Shown here: positions 61,454 to 64,000 of the stretch, one piece after another
Position numbering within the stretch: the first letter of the stretch is position 1
Layout: each line of letters opens with the position of its first letter
Source of the DNA: an uncultured bacterium
GTDB taxonomy: Bacteria > Desulfobacterota_D > UBA1144 > Nemesobacterales > UBA2774
NCBI GenBank assembly: GCA_963705505.1
Contig: CAVPJU010000006.1
Location: forward strand, 736,001 to 800,000
Length of the DNA stretch: 64,000 nt
Reading direction: 5' to 3'
The notes under the pieces: model-generated
What the model saw: the letters and a program-made list of their open reading frames with translations, nothing else
Databases searched by the model: none
What the model was told of the DNA's origin: nothing
Program-made: the position numbers and the translations under genes

Positions 61454-62851
61454 TTAAACGGCTTCCCTCGAATCCTCTTTCTCCCCGATTCCGTATTCTT
61501 CCAGTTTTCTTCTGAGCGTAAGCCTGTTGATACCGAGCGTTCTTGCCGCCTTGGAGCGGTTCCATCCGCTCGCGTCGAGGGCCTCCTGCAGCAGGACGAC
61601 CTCGGCTTCCTTCACTACCATGTCGTATATATTTTCTTCCCCTCCGGAGCTGATGAGGGTTTTGACCGAGCTCCTGAGAGCGTCTTTAAATGTTATATTC
61701 TCCTTCGTTTTTACAGCCGGATGCCTGCTCTTCAGGTCAAGGTCGTATGAAGTGAGGTAAGGGGTTTTTGTAAAGGCTATGGCTTTTCTGATTACGTTTT
61801 CAAGCTCCCTTACATTGCCAGGCCAGTCGTATTCCATGAGCAATTTTTGAAATTTGCCCGTGGCTCCTTTTATCTCCTTTCCTATCTGGCTGCTGTGTCT
61901 GCGTGTAAAGCACTCGGACAAGAGCGGTATATCCTCTTTTCTCTCCTTGAGCGCAGGCAGATGTATCCTGACGACGTTTATGCGGAAATAGAGGTCCTCC
62001 CTGAATTTCCCCTCACCGACCATCTTTTCCAGGTCTTTATTCGTCGCTGTGATTATCCTGACATCGACCGAGATCTCCTTATTGGAGCCGAGCCTGTGGA
62101 ATGTCCCGCTCTGGAGCACCCTCAATACCTTGGCCTGGAGTGAAAATGGCATATCCCCGATTTCATCTAGGAATATTATCCCTCCGTCAGCCTCTTCGAA
62201 TTTTCCCGTACGCTGCGCCGCTGCGCCGGTAAAGGCCCCCTTTTCATATCCGAAGAGCTCGGCCTCGAGAAGGCTCTCGGGGATAGCGGCGCAATTAAGC
62301 ACCACGAAAGGCTTTTCCCACCTCGTGCTCACCTTCCATACTGATTCCGCGACCAGTTCCTTGCCTGTCCCGCTCTCCCCGGTTATGAGCACGGGCACGT
62401 CCACACGGCCGACCTGTCCTATGAGCTTGCACACCTCCTGAAGCATGGGCGAGTCCCCCACGATCGCGCACGTAACGCTCGTGCCCCGGACGTTTCCGTG
62501 GAATTCGACGAGATGGCCTTTGATCTCCGATTTTATCCCAAGCGCCCTTTCCAGGGATTGGGCGAGAGACGAATTTTTAAGTGGTCTGAATACACAGTCA
62601 AACGCCCCGAAAGTCATCGATTCGATGAGGTACCTCGTCCCTTTTTCGGCTGTGATGACTATGACGAAATATTTGTCTTTTAATTGGCTGAGTTTGCTGA
62701 TTCCGGAGGTGTCGATATCGAGTAAAACCACATCGGCGTCTTTTATGTCCTCAACCCTGGAGAAAACTTTGAGCTCTCCGGCCTCAATGATATCTTTAAT
62801 CTCTTTCGCCAGGTTTTGATCTTCGGTTAAAATTGTAACTTTTCTTGTCAT
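61454..62851 (-). CDS. Sigma54 enhancer-binding protein with atypical receiver domain
   Basis: GESGTGKE, GAFTGA, WPGNVREL, Fis HTH. AAGGAG RBS supports a start at 62851. Confidence 0.9.
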   Translation of the reverse strand: MTRKVTILTEDQNLAKEIKDIIEAGELKVFSRVEDIKDADVVLLDIDTSGISKLSQLKDKYFVIVITAEKGTRYLIESMTFGAFDCVFRPLKNSSLAQSLERALGIKSEIKGHLVEFHGNVRGTSVTCAIVGDSPMLQEVCKLIGQVGRVDVPVLITGESGTGKELVAESVWKVSTRWEKPFVVLNCAAIPESLLEAELFGYEKGAFTGAAAQRTGKFEEADGGIIFLDEIGDMPFSLQAKVLRVLQSGTFHRLGSNKEISVDVRIITATNKDLEKMVGEGKFREDLYFRINVVRIHLPALKERKEDIPLLSECFTRRHSSQIGKEIKGATGKFQKLLMEYDWPGNVRELENVIRKAIAFTKTPYLTSYDLDLKSRHPAVKTKENITFKDALRSSVKTLISSGGEENIYDMVVKEAEVVLLQEALDASGWNRSKAARTLGINRLTLRRKLEEYGIGEKEDSREAV

Positions 62852-62903
62852 GTATATAATATCTCCTTTTGTTGTAACAAAAATATACATGTGATTATCT
62901 ATT

Positions 62904-62916
62904 AATCAACAAATTG
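62904..62916 (+). promoter_or_regulatory. IHF binding site
   Basis: AATCAACAAATTG matches WATCAANNNNTTR exactly, between a candidate UAS and the sigma54 promoter. Confidence 0.6.
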
Positions 62917-62960
62917 CGGTAAATCTTCTCCAACTAACTAAAATAGAACGAATTTTACCT

Positions 62961-62976
62961 TGGCATTCAAATTGCA
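62961..62976 (+). promoter_or_regulatory. Sigma54 (-24/-12) promoter upstream of cysH
   Basis: TGGCATTCAAATTGCA = TGGCAY-N5-TTGCA. Confidence 0.8.
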
Positions 62977-63100
62977 TCGTTATCATTAATATTTTAATCA
63001 TAACTGTATATTGGAATTCGTTGAGGAGATATTTATTTGGAACGAATTCTACTATAGAATTAATTCGGACTGGTTTACATGGAGGTAATTCGAAATTAGT

Positions 63101-63880
63101 ATGATAACTTCTTTAAGTAAAAAAAAGAATCGTGACGAGATTGTGAGAAGGAAATTCAATCCGGAAGAGGTTAAAGAGCTGAACCATGAGTTCGAGGGAC
63201 AGGGGTGCGGAGGAGGTTCTGAATTGGGCGTATGTAGAATCTTCATCCGAGAGGTGGCGCTCTCTTCGAGCTTCCAGGCCCAGGGAATGGTACTCATCGA
63301 TATGCTCATGAGGATTAACAAGGGCGCAAGGATATTCACACTCGATACCGGCAGGCTGAATCAGGAAACCTATGACGTCATGGACGAGGTTAGAAAAAGG
63401 TACGGTGCGAGGATCGAAGTAGTGTTCCCGGAAAGAACCGAAGTCGAGGAGATGGTGCTCGAGCGCGGGGTTAACTTATTTTATAAAGGGAAGGAAAACA
63501 GGATACTCTGCTGCGAGATAAGAAAGGTAAGACCGCTTAAGCGTTATCTCGCGAATCTGGACGGCTGGATAACCTCCATTAGGAAAGACCAGACGGAGAG
63601 CAGGGCCCAGTCCATGAAATTCGAGCTCGACGATCTGAACGGCGGTATATTAAAAATTAATCCTCTCGTCGACTGGACGAGCAAACAGGTCTGGGATTAC
63701 GTAAAAGAATACAAAGTACCCTACAACAAGCTCCACGACATGGGCTATCCGAGTATAGGCTGCGCCCCGTGTACGCGCGCCGTGAAGCCCGGGGAAGACG
63801 AGAGAGCAGGGCGCTGGTGGTGGGAGAACGATTCCGATAAGGAGTGCGGACTCCACTTCAATCACGATGGAGATTCCTGA
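63101..63880 (+). CDS. cysH: Thioredoxin-dependent APS/PAPS reductase (Fe-S, APS-reductase type)
   Basis: LDTGR, CC..RK, KINPL, GYPSIGCAPCT, GRWWWE, ECGLH. The CC plus CxxC set marks the [4Fe-4S] type. Confidence 0.93.
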   Translation: MITSLSKKKNRDEIVRRKFNPEEVKELNHEFEGQGCGGGSELGVCRIFIREVALSSSFQAQGMVLIDMLMRINKGARIFTLDTGRLNQETYDVMDEVRKRYGARIEVVFPERTEVEEMVLERGVNLFYKGKENRILCCEIRKVRPLKRYLANLDGWITSIRKDQTESRAQSMKFELDDLNGGILKINPLVDWTSKQVWDYVKEYKVPYNKLHDMGYPSIGCAPCTRAVKPGEDERAGRWWWENDSDKECGLHFNHDGDS

Positions 63881-64000
63881 AATCGAAATCTGATTTCAGC
63901 AAAACCCCTATTGTAAATTACTTTCTTCTTTTTCCGTTCCTTCCGTTACGAAGGGGATAGGTGAGGCGTGGTGGATTACCATGAGCCATCCCGATTCGGT

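Noticed and set aside
63011..63088. Trp-containing leader peptide before cysH
   Set aside because: TTG start without an RBS, no Cys/Met enrichment, no attenuator hairpins.
1..64000. CRISPR arrays, prophage, defence systems and the many antisense/overlapping ORFs in the track
   Set aside because: No repeat-spacer array or phage hallmark genes. The sirtuin is CobB-sized with a Zn site, not defence-type. Overlapping ORFs are shadows of well-supported genes.

Overview
A 64-kb, gene-dense bacterial chromosome segment. The split F0 atp cluster, signal-peptide-bearing c subunit and sigma54 regulators suggest a deltaproteobacteria-like lineage such as Ca. Dadabacteria/Desulfobacterota; this is inference only. 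Most of the window is housekeeping: uvrA, dnaJ, aroE, ribF, lgt, pal-cpoB-pal, hemL-atpZ-atpI-atpB-atpE, cca, xseA, a tandem-domain thyX, rnc, ntrBC, hom, tRNA-Ala(GGC), a glycogen cluster (glgB-glgX-malQ-glgA, divergent glgP), pyrE and cysH. No CRISPR array, prophage or intact mobile element is visible. Most interesting items: (1) a TetR / acetoacetate-decarboxylase-family / isobutyryl-CoA-mutase-type (IcmAB) cluster tied together by three copies of one operator-like motif; (2) two apparent pseudo-enzymes, a sirtuin lacking its catalytic His and a truncated acyl-CoA-synthetase-like protein lacking its P-loop; (3) two complete sigma54 promoters, one driving an APS-reductase-type cysH opposite an atypical enhancer-binding protein and one driving an NdvB-like glucan synthase; (4) an AT-rich mosaic region (39.3-43.1 kb) with a fragmented membrane protein gene, an IS3 remnant and an 11-bp direct repeat. 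Several single-base frameshifts (thyX, pentapeptide gene, cysH) look like long-read indel errors, so frameshift-based claims need read-level checking. All product calls come from motif recognition by eye; no searches were run.
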